DNA from: an uncultured Nitrososphaerales archaeon
GTDB taxonomy: Archaea; Thermoproteota; Nitrososphaeria; Nitrososphaerales; Nitrososphaeraceae
Reading direction: 5' to 3'
NCBI GenBank assembly: GCA_963841565.1
Contig: CAWJCY010000011.1
Location: 36,810-100,809 of the forward strand
Length of the DNA stretch: 64,000 bases
A program made the position numbers and the translations under genes. This document shows, in pieces, positions 43,163-53,896 of the stretch. Every line of letters starts with the position of its first letter. The stretch's first letter is position 1. The notes under the pieces were generated by a model. The model was given only the letters and a program-made list of their open reading frames with translations. It was not told the DNA's origin and made no database searches.

Positions 43163-44497
43163 TTGGCTGTGATAGGTCAACTAGGATTCAGGTCAGCCAG
43201 TGTGTTAATTTTAATAGGAATTCTCATTTTAAACATCCCAACTGTCACTCATTCTCTTTATGCTCAGATCGGAACGGCTGGAGATGCTCCAGAGATTCCT
43301 GGTTCAATCTTTCAAGAGGGAGAAGGTGCCCCCAACGTTACTAATCCCACCCTAAAAGCAGACCTAGTCTACAAAGGATTAGAGTTCCCTACCAATATGG
43401 CATTATTGGGACCAGATGATTTTCTGGTCTTGGAGAAATCAAAAGGAACCGTAAACAGAATCGTAAACGGCGCACTGTCTGCTGAGCCTTTACTTCAAGT
43501 CAATGTTGCATCGGAGGTAGAGAGAGGAATGTTAGGTATTGCAGTTTCAAATGCTTCTAATCAGACCGGTATTAATTACAATAACGTTACCATTTCACAT
43601 GGACCATATGTATTCTTGTATTATACTGAAGCCGTGTCACCGCAAGATGATACGCCTATTGGTAATCGAGTCTACAGGTACGAACTGGCTGACAACAATA
43701 AATTAATAAACCCAAAACTTCTCTTGGATCTCCCAGCCATACCTGGACCTCGTCACAATGGAGGCTATATCACAATTGGCCCTGATAATAACCTATATGT
43801 TGCAATTGGGGACGTCGATGGTCACACTACCGAAGCGGAAAATGTTCACGATGGCGGCAGGCCAGATGGAACCGGAGGTATTCTTAGGATTACCCAAGAT
43901 GGCAAACCAGTACAGGGCATCATTGGAGATCAAAGTCCGAGCAACAAGTATTTCGCGTACGGGGTTAGAAACAGTTTTGGTTTCGACTTCGATCCTTTGA
44001 GTGGCCACCTTTGGGATACCGAGAATGGTCCTGGTTCCAATGATGAAATTAACCTCGTTGAGCCAGGTTTTAACAGTGGTTGGCTAGAGATTCAAGGCAA
44101 GGCGCCAGCTGGTTTTGACTCCCAACAATTGGTCAATTTCGGCGGAAAAGGGGTTTACCGCGATCCAGAATTCTCTTGGGTCGACACAGTAGGACCTACA
44201 AAGGTCTTGTTTTTTAATTCAGACAAACTTGGGGAGCAATATGAAAACGATATGCTTGTAGCAGATATTCATTTTGGAAGGATTTACGATTTTGATTTAA
44301 ACGAGAATAGAACAAACCTAGTACTGGATGGTCCCATTGCTGACAAGGTGGCTGATACAGATGATGAAGTGAAAGGACTAATTTTCGGTTCGGAGTTTGG
44401 GGCAATAACAGATCTTGAGGTTGGTTCAGACGGCTATTTATATGTCCTATCCTTCGGGCAAGGCGCAATTTACAGGATTCATCCTAATACAGGATAA
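43163..44497 (+). CDS. PQQ-dependent glucose/sorbosone dehydrogenase family protein (copy 1)
   Basis: ERGMLGIA, HNGG, GPDNNLYVAIGD, YGVRNSFG, ENGP..NDEIN, GFNSGW. Confidence 0.92.
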   Translation: MAVIGQLGFRSASVLILIGILILNIPTVTHSLYAQIGTAGDAPEIPGSIFQEGEGAPNVTNPTLKADLVYKGLEFPTNMALLGPDDFLVLEKSKGTVNRIVNGALSAEPLLQVNVASEVERGMLGIAVSNASNQTGINYNNVTISHGPYVFLYYTEAVSPQDDTPIGNRVYRYELADNNKLINPKLLLDLPAIPGPRHNGGYITIGPDNNLYVAIGDVDGHTTEAENVHDGGRPDGTGGILRITQDGKPVQGIIGDQSPSNKYFAYGVRNSFGFDFDPLSGHLWDTENGPGSNDEINLVEPGFNSGWLEIQGKAPAGFDSQQLVNFGGKGVYRDPEFSWVDTVGPTKVLFFNSDKLGEQYENDMLVADIHFGRIYDFDLNENRTNLVLDGPIADKVADTDDEVKGLIFGSEFGAITDLEVGSDGYLYVLSFGQGAIYRIHPNTG

Positions 44498-44797
44498 GTC
44501 AAATTATAGGGCAATATAACCATGCCCGTCCCTCCGCCTAGCGTAGCCGTTGATGGACAACAAGTTGTACCCCCCCTTGTATGCATCATCGAAGAAAAAA
44601 TGCCGTGGAACATTAGCACATTAGCACATTGAACATTTGCTCGGACAGGTTGCACTAGTTCAAGGGTAATCTCCTATTCTACCCATAAGTGCAATCGGCG
44701 CTGAGCTATTCTCTATTTGTCGTTCTAGGCCAAAGTTTGGCTGCTTTCGCTGCTTTCGAATTTTTTATATATATATATGACCGGAATTTCTCAATAA

Positions 44798-45493
44798 GTG
44801 ATGAACCTTTTGATTTGTGTTCTGATGTTATTGTTGACATCCTTGCCTATGGCGCTCTTTGCGTCGTATCAAATTCCGTCAGCAGATGCACAGTCAGTGC
44901 CCTCAGGTGAATGCAATTGTATACTCGATTCCACTAGCTATGCTAGTGCTCCTTCTAGTAATCTGACCGGGCTAACAATCCCGAGTGTGGACCTATTAAA
45001 GAACGAGACGTTGGTGAGTGCTACGGAAGGTAATTTGTCCTGGATAACAGATAAGGGAACGGAGTTACTGGGGGTACTTTCTGATAACTACTTCCTGGGT
45101 AATTTTTCAAGGGGGACTGGAAGAACGGTTGCACTTAACATGTTAGATACTAAACAGAACGAGTCATTTGGAATAGAAGTAAGCGGTGGTAGTTTGCCTG
45201 ATCAAATGAAGGCAGAAATTATTCAAGCATCAGTTGACAAGAATGGGACGCTAGCGGAGATAAAGACTGTAGGGCCCAGGATAGCGGAAGTTCCGATTGC
45301 ATATGACGCGACGCTAGAGGAGCCGACATCGGATAAGAATAGATTGAATGTAAATGTTCCTAATCCTGGTGACTTTCTTCTGCTGTTAGAGCTGTCCTAC
45401 AATGGTACTGGCACAACATCTTCACTATCATCATCATCATCATCATCAAAGCCTCTCACCTTAGTGTATGAAACAGTTTTAGTAGCCCAATAA
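44798..45493 (+). CDS. Secreted hypothetical protein (copy 1)
   Basis: Signal peptide ending ADA|Q, CxC, sequons; intact in both copies. Confidence 0.78.
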   Translation: MMNLLICVLMLLLTSLPMALFASYQIPSADAQSVPSGECNCILDSTSYASAPSSNLTGLTIPSVDLLKNETLVSATEGNLSWITDKGTELLGVLSDNYFLGNFSRGTGRTVALNMLDTKQNESFGIEVSGGSLPDQMKAEIIQASVDKNGTLAEIKTVGPRIAEVPIAYDATLEEPTSDKNRLNVNVPNPGDFLLLLELSYNGTGTTSSLSSSSSSSKPLTLVYETVLVAQ

Positions 45494-45594
45494 TCTTAAT
45501 CTTGCAAAACGAATCATTCTAGAAATAGGATGGCCGAGACTTTTTTTCTCAGCGCTACATAGTATCTTTGAAGAGATCGCTCCGCTGATACCTA

Positions 45595-46143
45595 TCATCC
45601 ACCCATCATTGACTCAGCGTGGGTCGAATTGGCAGACATTATCTGCCCACGGATTTCTCCGGCTGGATAATTGATAGTATGAACATCGACATACGTTGTA
45701 CCATTCTTCATTCCTGATACAATTTCAGATAACTGATCGCTAACAGCGGCCTGACCTTCCAACATTTGGCCTGTGATATTCCCTTGGGTCAGTGTTCCAT
45801 TAATATTTCCTGTCTCAGTATCATTTGACCCAAACAGCGAAGCCAATATTGGCCCATTCTCGCTTAATGCTCCGCTATGAATGTGAGCAGAAGTAACTTT
45901 GTCGATTCCTGTAATGTTGATCATATACCATATTCTGTCTTGGGTTATCTTGAAAACTGCCATACCTGATGCATTAGTGTCCACCTGCGGATTCTCAAAC
46001 TCCCCCTCTAACCCTGTCCAGAATTTTAGCTCTTCTATCGAAGCGTAGATTGGTGCATGGCTAAACAATATCAACACAAGCAAGTAACAGATTAGAAAAC
46101 CAGACATCTTGCAAACTTTCGCAGAAAGGTCTACCATCCACAT
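45595..46143 (-). CDS. CHRD domain-containing secreted protein (copy 1)
   Basis: VTSAHIHSG..ENGPI, YVDVHTINYPAGEIRGQI. Confidence 0.92.
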   Translation of the reverse strand: MWMVDLSAKVCKMSGFLICYLLVLILFSHAPIYASIEELKFWTGLEGEFENPQVDTNASGMAVFKITQDRIWYMINITGIDKVTSAHIHSGALSENGPILASLFGSNDTETGNINGTLTQGNITGQMLEGQAAVSDQLSEIVSGMKNGTTYVDVHTINYPAGEIRGQIMSANSTHAESMMGG

Positions 46144-46335
46144 TCAAAATGATTACGCTTCGTCAAGATATAAGATTTATCAATAGAGGCTTATATGGAA
46201 AATTGCACAGGCATCCACAACTACACCTGATTTGTATTAGTTTTTAAGTTCTGTTCAAGTTCCTATACATTTTGCTACAAATTTGGAAAAAGGCTTAAAT
46301 CGTACCTAGCGAGGAAAAAACATAGTAGATTCGCA

Positions 46336-48103
46336 TTGGCTACTGTTCGAATATCCTCCAAATTATATTTTCTCGGAGGTATTATAGCCGGTGCAATTGC
46401 TGTTGCTATATCCCTTATTCTGCGGTTATTTGCTGGAGGATTATTCATTCCAGAGATTGCATCGTTGACATTATTTTCCCTTATACCCGGGGAAGTTGAA
46501 TCGCAAGCTGTGCAGACCCTAGGACCTCTAGCCAAGTATACTTCCTTCATTGGCGCAACACTTGTTAACATAATTCTATACGGTCTAATCGGTATACTGG
46601 TTGGAAGACTATATGATAGACTCTCCTGGAAAAGTTATTTGGGAAAAGCGATACAATCCTCAATTATAGCCTATGTTATATTATTGGCTATAACATCTGT
46701 TCTCCTCTCCTTAACCGAGGCATCTGCGGGACCTGTTGCCGTATCCGATGTAATCCTGTATCTTATTCCACCTAATGTCGCATTTGGATTTGTGTTGCCG
46801 GCGCTCTATCAAAAGGTGTCACTTCGTAAGCCTTCGACATCGAAACTTGGGGGCGAAAAACAGGCCCCTGCTGGCTTCGAACGTGAGATGGAGGAAAAGC
46901 AAAAGACATCGACAGCAGCGAGCAGATCCAAAGATAAATCGAAGAATGTTCCTCCGCTCAGCTGCGGCATCGGTGGTCGCCTTACCGATTCTCTACTATG
47001 GAACTAATCGTTTGCTATTTTCTACCCAACAACAAGCTTCTCAGCCTGTTGTGCCAGTTTTACCGGCAACCCAGTCTGGTTCTGTTCCAGCAGGCTTTGA
47101 AAATCCTGCACTCTCACCCCTACTTCAATATGAAGTCACTCCGACGGAACTATTCTACAGAATAGACATAAGCCCCATAGTTCCAAATGTTAACGCCGAA
47201 ACATGGAAGTTGAGTGTAAATGGGCTAGTTGATAATCCAATTGAAATAACATATGAACAATTAAAAGCAATGCCCTCAGTGGAACAATTCTCTACCTTAG
47301 GATGTGTAAGCAACAAGGTAGGAGGAGACTTGATAAGCAATGCGATATGGAAAGGGATTCCGCTCAAGAACATCCTCGAGCAGGCGCAAGTACGGCCTGG
47401 AGCAAAATATATTGTCTTCAGATGCTTTGATGGATATGACGTAGGAATTCCCTTGGAAAAAGGGCTTGAAGATGGCACAATTCTGGCTTACGAGATGAAC
47501 AGAGCGGCACTTACTCCTGAACACGGCTTTCCCGTCAGAGCTATTGTTCCCAACATTTATGGTATGATGAACGCTAAATGGATAACTGAGATCGAGATAG
47601 TTGACTATGTTTACGAGGGATTCTGGCAGCGCAAAGGTTGGAGTAATATTGCAAGAATTAACACTTTATCATCAACAGTGATACCTGGCAATGCACCGAT
47701 AAGAACCAGATTCAGAGGCTTCTTGCCTGTCGGCTCTAATGTTGCCAGCTCAAATAATAGCACATCTTCTTCGTCTTCTTCTTCTTCTTCATCATCGCCC
47801 GTCCCTCCTGGAAGAATTACTACTGTAGGAGGCATAGCCTTCGCAGGAACGAGAGGAATATCCAAAGTTCAAGTAAGTATTGATAGTGGGTCTACTTGGA
47901 AAGAAGCGGCTATCAAAGAACCATTGTCGCCATATTCGTGGGTTATGTGGGCAGCAGAATTGAATCTACCCAATGAACAACCAAAGGAATACAAATTAAC
48001 TGTAAGGGCTACGGATAAAGCTGGAAAGGTCCAGACTTCTGAGATCAGAGAGCCTTTTCCAGACGGGTCAACAGGTTATCACATGATCAGTGTTCAGGCT
48101 TAG
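46336..48103 (+). CDS. Sulfite-oxidase-family molybdopterin oxidoreductase with polytopic N-terminus and internal Tat motif (copy 1); one-base frameshift at 46920
   Basis: TPTELFY, TLGCVSN (Mo-ligating Cys), HGFPVR, YGMMNAKW, NRRMFLR. Removing G46920 fuses ORFs 46336-47007 and 46775-48103. Confidence 0.88.
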
Positions 48104-48305
48104 CAAAATCGATGAATGAAATAATTTGTTATTGAGTATTGCATTTAGGTCAGTTGTGTCTGACGTAGCGTATCTGACATAGCATAATATTTTCGAAATC
48201 CCCTTATGCCTAGAGATATGAACCTTCTATGATGATGATGACGACACCGTCGGACGACGCTAACCGCCACGGTTTACTAACACGGAATATGAGTGGTGTG
48301 GACTT

Positions 48306-48587
48306 TTACTCTATATTCGGTATAGGGGTTGAAACAAACAGTTCGTCCATTCTATTATAGACCTGTAGAAATTGCATGCCCTTTGGTGTTGTTTTGAACG
48401 TTCTTTCCCCTTCAACATACTCAACCAAATCATTTTCAAGCAGATGAACAAGATATTCCTTTAGTATGTTATAGGAAAGGTATGTTTTGTATTGTATTTC
48501 TGTCACTCTGGCTCTATTGCCATTGGTGACTTGAAGGATAGATGACATTATTTCTGATCTCGATCTGTGTCTAAGCTGTTTAGGCAT
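48306..48587 (-). CDS. Archaeal winged-helix DNA-binding protein (copy 1)
   Basis: RSRSEIMSSIL...TEIQYKTYLSY...FKTTPKGMQFL. Confidence 0.88.
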   Translation of the reverse strand: MPKQLRHRSRSEIMSSILQVTNGNRARVTEIQYKTYLSYNILKEYLVHLLENDLVEYVEGERTFKTTPKGMQFLQVYNRMDELFVSTPIPNIE

Positions 48588-49205
48588 CTTAGTCTAGTTT
48601 GATATAGTGAACATATATACTTATTTTAAACTCATGTAAATTATAGATGAATCTTCTATAACAATGAAAGCTATCTTTCTGATTTTATAACTACTCTCAC
48701 AAATCGAAGGTCAATTGATCTGGTAAGGTCGGAAGTAGGATACATTAGGTTCAGGCATCCCAAGGAATACCCTGATTTTCAAATATGCAGGCATTACCGA
48801 TTCTACTGCATCATATCTGAACCCTCTTTCTGTTGCTGAGCGGGGCGTAGAATGGGAATCAGTGGGTGAGCTCATTCTATCATATTACATTTTGGTCTAT
48901 TAGCCCCTTCGTTTTTAAGATTGATAGGTGCCATGTTCTGCCGACCTATGTATAACAGCGAACGCAAATGAATGATTGTATTACGTTACGTTACTTTACT
49001 AAATAAAATAACCAGATCAAACTGTACTAATCTTCATTGCAATTGCAATTTGCGAGTGAGTAGGGCTTAACGCAGTCAGGGGTCTATCCTATAACTTATG
49101 ATACCGTGAAAAAATTAAAATTTAAACCAATACTAAAACTAATACTAAAACTAAAACTAGAATTCAACCAGGTCATGGAATTCCTGCAATGACAATGATC
49201 ATTAC

Positions 49206-50741
49206 TTATCTCCATGATTTGCTTCGAATATTTATCATAGCCACAGGCAATAGCCAGGTATAAACAAAGGTTGTTAGAAGAGTAAAGGCGGGCCTATATA
49301 ACCAAAGTTTGTTATCGGGATTTCTGAGTTTATAATCCACCCCATAAATCATGGCAGTGAACATTATTCCCCCCAACCACAAAAGAGTAGAGCTTAACTC
49401 ACCTACGAATGGTAACATAAAGACTGCATGAAAGACCACATAAGGACGTACGAACTTCATCACCGTCATAATGTAGTAAATCATGGCAATGTAAGCCGGT
49501 CTCTTCCAGTAGCTTCCTCCAGTGGTGGAGAGACTTCGGATAAAGCTCTTTTTCCATCTAATCTGCTGCTTTACCAATGCTTGCATCGTGTTCGGAACAC
49601 CCACATGCACTTTGATACTATAGCTGTATTTGACGTTCCAATAACCTGAATCAGCGGAGGACTTTCCGTCTCCATTTCCTGTTGTAGAATATACTGATGA
49701 TGATGATGATGCAGATGAATAAGCCGAGTTAGAATTATCTTCATCGTATGACCTACCAGGATATACTAATGGCTGTCCACCGCTATAGTCATTGTGTACT
49801 AGTCCTGCACTGTTGGTTGAACTAACACCACTAGGTCCAATTATGCTTATTGGGGACACGAGTTTCCTTCTAGGAGTAGTGAGAACAAATGCGGTCATTC
49901 TCCGATCAGTACAGAATTTGAAATCCATGCCAAGGAATTTGTCATGTGCCCATTCATGAATGAAATCTTGAACGCATTCTCGTTTATAGAAGCTAAGTGC
50001 GCCTGAGCAACAGGTAACAGAGTCAAAAGAGCTTTCCGCACCTTTAAAACCTCTGCAGGCTGCATCAGCATAAACTGACTGCATCTTCTCATATACATTC
50101 CCTTTGGTTGCATTTCGGACCGTTACATGTCCTGTAAGCGCACCCAGATTCTTATCAGCCATAAAGATCTTTGCTGCGATCTCCACAGCGTCAAGGTCCA
50201 TGTCACAATCACTATCCATAAATGCATAAATTTCGCCCCTAGCAATCTGACTTGCAGCTTCAACTGCTCTTTTTTTGCCTACACTATTATTAATATGAAG
50301 AATGTAAAAATTTTTTATTTGTGGATTTTCTCTCTTTATGGAATCAAGGATTTTTGGTGTCTCATCAGTACTTCCGTCATTTACAATTATTACCTCTCTG
50401 TTCTTATAGGTCTGATTTATACATGATTCCACGCAATTCCTAATATTTTCTTCCTCATTCTTCACAGGAACAACAATTGAGAAGAAAGGAGAATTTTCCT
50501 TAATTGCACGGTTGTCCTTTAGTGCTGGGGGCAGTTCAAAATTTGGGTCGCGATACCTGAAGTACGAGAAGATCAGAATATTTAACAAAATAAAGCTTGA
50601 AAAGAAAGTATAAAGTCCTAAAACAAAGTCCATCACGAATAGCAAAAGGTATACTTTGAGCACAAGAACTACCGATACAGCCGCGATGAGAAGACAGCGG
50701 ATGAAAAACGCCCTTCTGTTTATCTCCTTTGATATTTTCAA
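49206..50741 (-). CDS. Processive GT2 glycosyltransferase, hyaluronan synthase/NodC-like (copy 1)
   Basis: VNDGSTD, GKKRA, DSDC, CCSGALSFY, FCTDRRMT, QQIRWKKSF; TMs at both ends. Confidence 0.9.
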   Translation of the reverse strand: MKISKEINRRAFFIRCLLIAAVSVVLVLKVYLLLFVMDFVLGLYTFFSSFILLNILIFSYFRYRDPNFELPPALKDNRAIKENSPFFSIVVPVKNEEENIRNCVESCINQTYKNREVIIVNDGSTDETPKILDSIKRENPQIKNFYILHINNSVGKKRAVEAASQIARGEIYAFMDSDCDMDLDAVEIAAKIFMADKNLGALTGHVTVRNATKGNVYEKMQSVYADAACRGFKGAESSFDSVTCCSGALSFYKRECVQDFIHEWAHDKFLGMDFKFCTDRRMTAFVLTTPRRKLVSPISIIGPSGVSSTNSAGLVHNDYSGGQPLVYPGRSYDEDNSNSAYSSASSSSSVYSTTGNGDGKSSADSGYWNVKYSYSIKVHVGVPNTMQALVKQQIRWKKSFIRSLSTTGGSYWKRPAYIAMIYYIMTVMKFVRPYVVFHAVFMLPFVGELSSTLLWLGGIMFTAMIYGVDYKLRNPDNKLWLYRPAFTLLTTFVYTWLLPVAMINIRSKSWR

Positions 50742-50873
50742 ATATTCTAAGACGTTGATATGTATCGCCTTCCTGTCTTCACTTTAGTTGTATACTTACT
50801 GTTTAAAAAATGCATGTCTGTATTTTAATGAACTATCTACTGCCAGATTTCTCTATATGGCTCTAACAGAATA

Positions 50874-51059
50874 ATGTTGAATGGCTATGATAGTGTTATT
50901 TTCTTCAGTAAGTTTTTCAATCATCGTCATCATGTTGTCTTTGGGTTGAGTACAAAATTACAGGACAAGAGTAAGCTTTTGATCATTCTGCTACTTGTGG
51001 CTTGGGTGATTAGTTCAATCGTTGCTGTGTATTATCTTCGCATCGATTTCTTACGATAG
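50874..51059 (+). CDS. Possible small single-TM protein (copy 1)
   Basis: KSKLLIILLLVAWVISSIVAVYYLR; identical protein in copy 2 with one synonymous AAG/AAA change; start uncertain. Confidence 0.4.
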   Translation: MLNGYDSVIFFSKFFNHRHHVVFGLSTKLQDKSKLLIILLLVAWVISSIVAVYYLRIDFLR

Positions 51060-51177
51060 TGCTTTGCTGAGTGCATTTTTATTCATCTCCACTATAAAGT
51101 CATCCTCGTTACCGTGCTCCTAGTTCTTTCGGTTCTGAAGGATTAGTAAAATGGGCCACTATTTGGCTAGAGTGTCA

Positions 51178-51376
51178 TGTATACGAGAAAGTTTACAGAT
51201 TTCTGAGTGTTTACAAATTTGTTTACAACCATTGTATACAAACCTGCTTGTATACAGCCGTTCAGTAGAAATTCACGCTCAACATACTGAACGACCCAAA
51301 TTGAACGGCATCGTTCAAAACACTTTTCAATAGTTTCCCTAGGGGGATTCGTTCAAGGCGTTCAATTAGCGTTCAA
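51178..51376. repeat. Intergenic array of TGTWTACA and CGTTCAR motifs with three inverted repeats (copy 1)
   Basis: Six TGTWTACA-like and at least seven CGTTCA/TGAACG motifs; stems at 51233-51256, 51259-51293 and 51301-51318. Confidence 0.8.
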
Positions 51377-51654
51377 TTAAGTTATATGCTAGAACTGTCA
51401 TTGGCATAGGCTGTATCTCTCCAGCAACTTTACCCCCTAAGATTATCTTCTGTTTATACTTTCCCGCTTTCCACGGTTCGGTCTCGTGATTTAACGAATA
51501 CTTACATTCGACTGGAAATAGATTTTTCAATGCAGTAATCTTGATAATAGCAAAATAGTTAGGTTCGTTGAGTATTTTACTGCCTATGGTTGGTTTTACA
51601 TACCATTTGATACCAACGTATATATAAGAAGCAAGCCTAATGAATGGTATCGAA

Positions 51655-52197
51655 ATGTCAACAGAAAATAAAAAATCAAAGGATAGCACTACAGCAGCAG
51701 CATCAACTTCAACAACAACAGCAGCAGGCTCAAGCGCAACCGCATCTATCAATGTATCTCAGATGTTTGATGCCGCAAACGAAAATGTAACAAAATTAGT
51801 GAATGAATCTTCAAAGGTCCAACCACAGTATGCTCAAGCAATCTCCAATTTGCAGCAGGAGTATATAGACGCATTAAGAAATGCCATACAAAGAACATTC
51901 TCAGTCCAAAAGCAATTGGTTGCCAGCAATAACAACTTCAACAACTTCATTGTTCCAGAGGGAGCAGTACCATATGTTCAAGGCTTGGTAAAGCAATCAG
52001 ATGATATCACCAACAACTTCATAAGTGTAGCAGACATCAACAATCAGCTGACAATTAATGCATTGAACGTAGCAAGAGAGAACGTGAAGAACTTTAGCAG
52101 AACAGTGGAAGCAGCTGCAGAATACAACTCTAATCTTGCAAAATCTTGGGCATCACAGAATACTTCCTTCCATCCACATATGGAATCTCAATTCTAA
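51655..52197 (+). CDS. Amphipathic helical N/Q/A-rich protein (copy 1, chimeric C-terminus from the duplication junction)
   Basis: TATATAAG ~30 nt before ATG 51655; last 13 residues come from sequence beyond the junction. Confidence 0.78.
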   Translation: MSTENKKSKDSTTAAASTSTTTAAGSSATASINVSQMFDAANENVTKLVNESSKVQPQYAQAISNLQQEYIDALRNAIQRTFSVQKQLVASNNNFNNFIVPEGAVPYVQGLVKQSDDITNNFISVADINNQLTINALNVARENVKNFSRTVEAAAEYNSNLAKSWASQNTSFHPHMESQF

Positions 52198-52261
52198 CAG
52201 GCGATGCAATAGCAACTTTTTTGTAACAATAAACGTATTTATAAGAAGTAATCCAGATCGA

Positions 52262-53596
52262 TTGGCTGTGATAGGTCAACTAGGATTCAGGTCAGCCAGT
52301 GTATTAATTTTAATCGGAATTCTCATTTTAAACATCCCAACTGTCACTCATTCTCTGCATGCTCAGATCGGAACGGCTGGAGATGCTCCAGAGATTCCTG
52401 GTTCAAACTTTCAAGAGGGAGAAGGTGCCCCCAACGTTACTAATCCCACCCTAAAAGCAGACCTAGTCTACAAAGGATTAGAGTTCCCTACCAATATGGC
52501 ATTGTTGGGACCAGATGATTTTCTGGTCTTGGAGAAATCAAAAGGAACCGTAAACAGGATCGTAAACGGCGCACTGTCAGCTGAGCCTTTACTTCAAGTC
52601 AATGTTGCATCGGAGGTAGAGAGAGGAATGTTAGGTATTGCAGTTTCAAATGCTTCTAATCAGACCGGTATTAATTACAATAACGTTACCATTTCACATG
52701 GACCATATGTATTCTTGTATTATACTGAAGCCGTGTCACCGCAAGATGATACGCCTATTGGTAATCGAGTCTACAGGTACGAACTGGCTGACAACAATAA
52801 ATTAATAAACCCAAAACTTCTCTTGGATCTCCCAGCCATACCTGGACCTCGTCACAATGGAGGCTATATCACAATTGGCCCTGATAATAACCTATATGTT
52901 GCAATTGGGGACGTCGATGGTCACACTACCGAAGCGGAAAATGTTCACGATGGCGGCAGGCCAGATGGAACCGGAGGTATTCTTAGGATTACCCAAGATG
53001 GCAAACCAGTACAGGGCATCATTGGAGATCAAAGTCCGAGCAACAAGTATTTCGCGTACGGGGTTAGAAACAGTTTTGGTTTCGACTTCGATCCTTTGAG
53101 TGGCCACCTTTGGGATACCGAGAATGGTCCTGGTTCCAATGATGAAATTAACCTCGTTGAGCCAGGTTTTAACAGTGGTTGGCTAGAGATTCAAGGCAAG
53201 GCGCCAACTGGTTTTGACTCCCAACAATTGGTCAATTTCGGCGGAAAAGGGGTTTACCGCGATCCAGAATTCTCTTGGGTCGACACAGTAGGACCTACAA
53301 AGGTCTTGTTTTTTGATTCAGACAAACTTGGGGAGCAATATGAAAACGATATGCTTGTAGCAGATATTCATTTTGGAAGGATATACGATTTTAATTTAAA
53401 CGAGAATAGAACAAACCTAGTACTGGATGGTCCCATTGCTGACAAGGTTGCTGATACAGATGATGAAGTGAAAGGACTAATATTCGGTTCGGAGTTTGGG
53501 GCAATAACAGATCTTGAGGTTGGTTCAGACGGCTATTTATATGTCCTATCCTTCGGGCAAGGCGCAATTTACAGGATTCATCCTAATACAGGATAA
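52262..53596 (+). CDS. PQQ-dependent glucose/sorbosone dehydrogenase family protein (copy 2)
   Basis: Five amino-acid differences from copy 1; TTG start equivalent to 43163. Confidence 0.92.
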   Translation: MAVIGQLGFRSASVLILIGILILNIPTVTHSLHAQIGTAGDAPEIPGSNFQEGEGAPNVTNPTLKADLVYKGLEFPTNMALLGPDDFLVLEKSKGTVNRIVNGALSAEPLLQVNVASEVERGMLGIAVSNASNQTGINYNNVTISHGPYVFLYYTEAVSPQDDTPIGNRVYRYELADNNKLINPKLLLDLPAIPGPRHNGGYITIGPDNNLYVAIGDVDGHTTEAENVHDGGRPDGTGGILRITQDGKPVQGIIGDQSPSNKYFAYGVRNSFGFDFDPLSGHLWDTENGPGSNDEINLVEPGFNSGWLEIQGKAPTGFDSQQLVNFGGKGVYRDPEFSWVDTVGPTKVLFFDSDKLGEQYENDMLVADIHFGRIYDFNLNENRTNLVLDGPIADKVADTDDEVKGLIFGSEFGAITDLEVGSDGYLYVLSFGQGAIYRIHPNTG

Positions 53597-53896
53597 GTCA
53601 AATTATAGGGCAATATAACCATGCCCGTCCCTCCGCCTAGCGTAGCCGTTGATGGACAACAAGTTGTACCCCCCCTTGTATGCATCATCGAAGAAAAAAT
53701 GCCGTGGAACATTAGCACATTAGCACATTGAACATTTGCTCGGACAGGTTGCACTAGTTCAAGGGTAATCTCCTATTCTACCCATACGTGCAATCGGCGC
53801 TGAGCTATTCTCTATTTGTCGTTCTAGGCCAAAGTTTGGCTGCTTTCGCTGCTTTCGAATTTTTTATATATATATATGACCGGAATTTCTCAATAA

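Larger units (their letters stand above)
43056..52155. repeat. ~9.1 kb tandem duplication, copy 1
   Basis: Collinear with 52156-61245; offset 9099 at the left end, 9090 at the right end. Confidence 0.97.

Noticed and set aside
46880-47007. Programmed ribosomal frameshift in the Moco oxidoreductase, since both copies share the shift
   Set aside because: No clear slippery site, and the same extra G at GCAGC occurs in three unrelated genes; a systematic sequencing error is simpler, though unproven.
48980-49160. Short tandem repeats (TTACG x2-3; TACTAAAACTAA-like)
   Set aside because: Low-complexity AT-rich slippage products downstream of the GT2 gene with no further structure.
52136-52261. 42-aa N-terminal extension of dehydrogenase copy 2 in the ORF track
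   Set aside because: Chance open frame across the junction; the start equivalent to copy 1 is TTG 52262.
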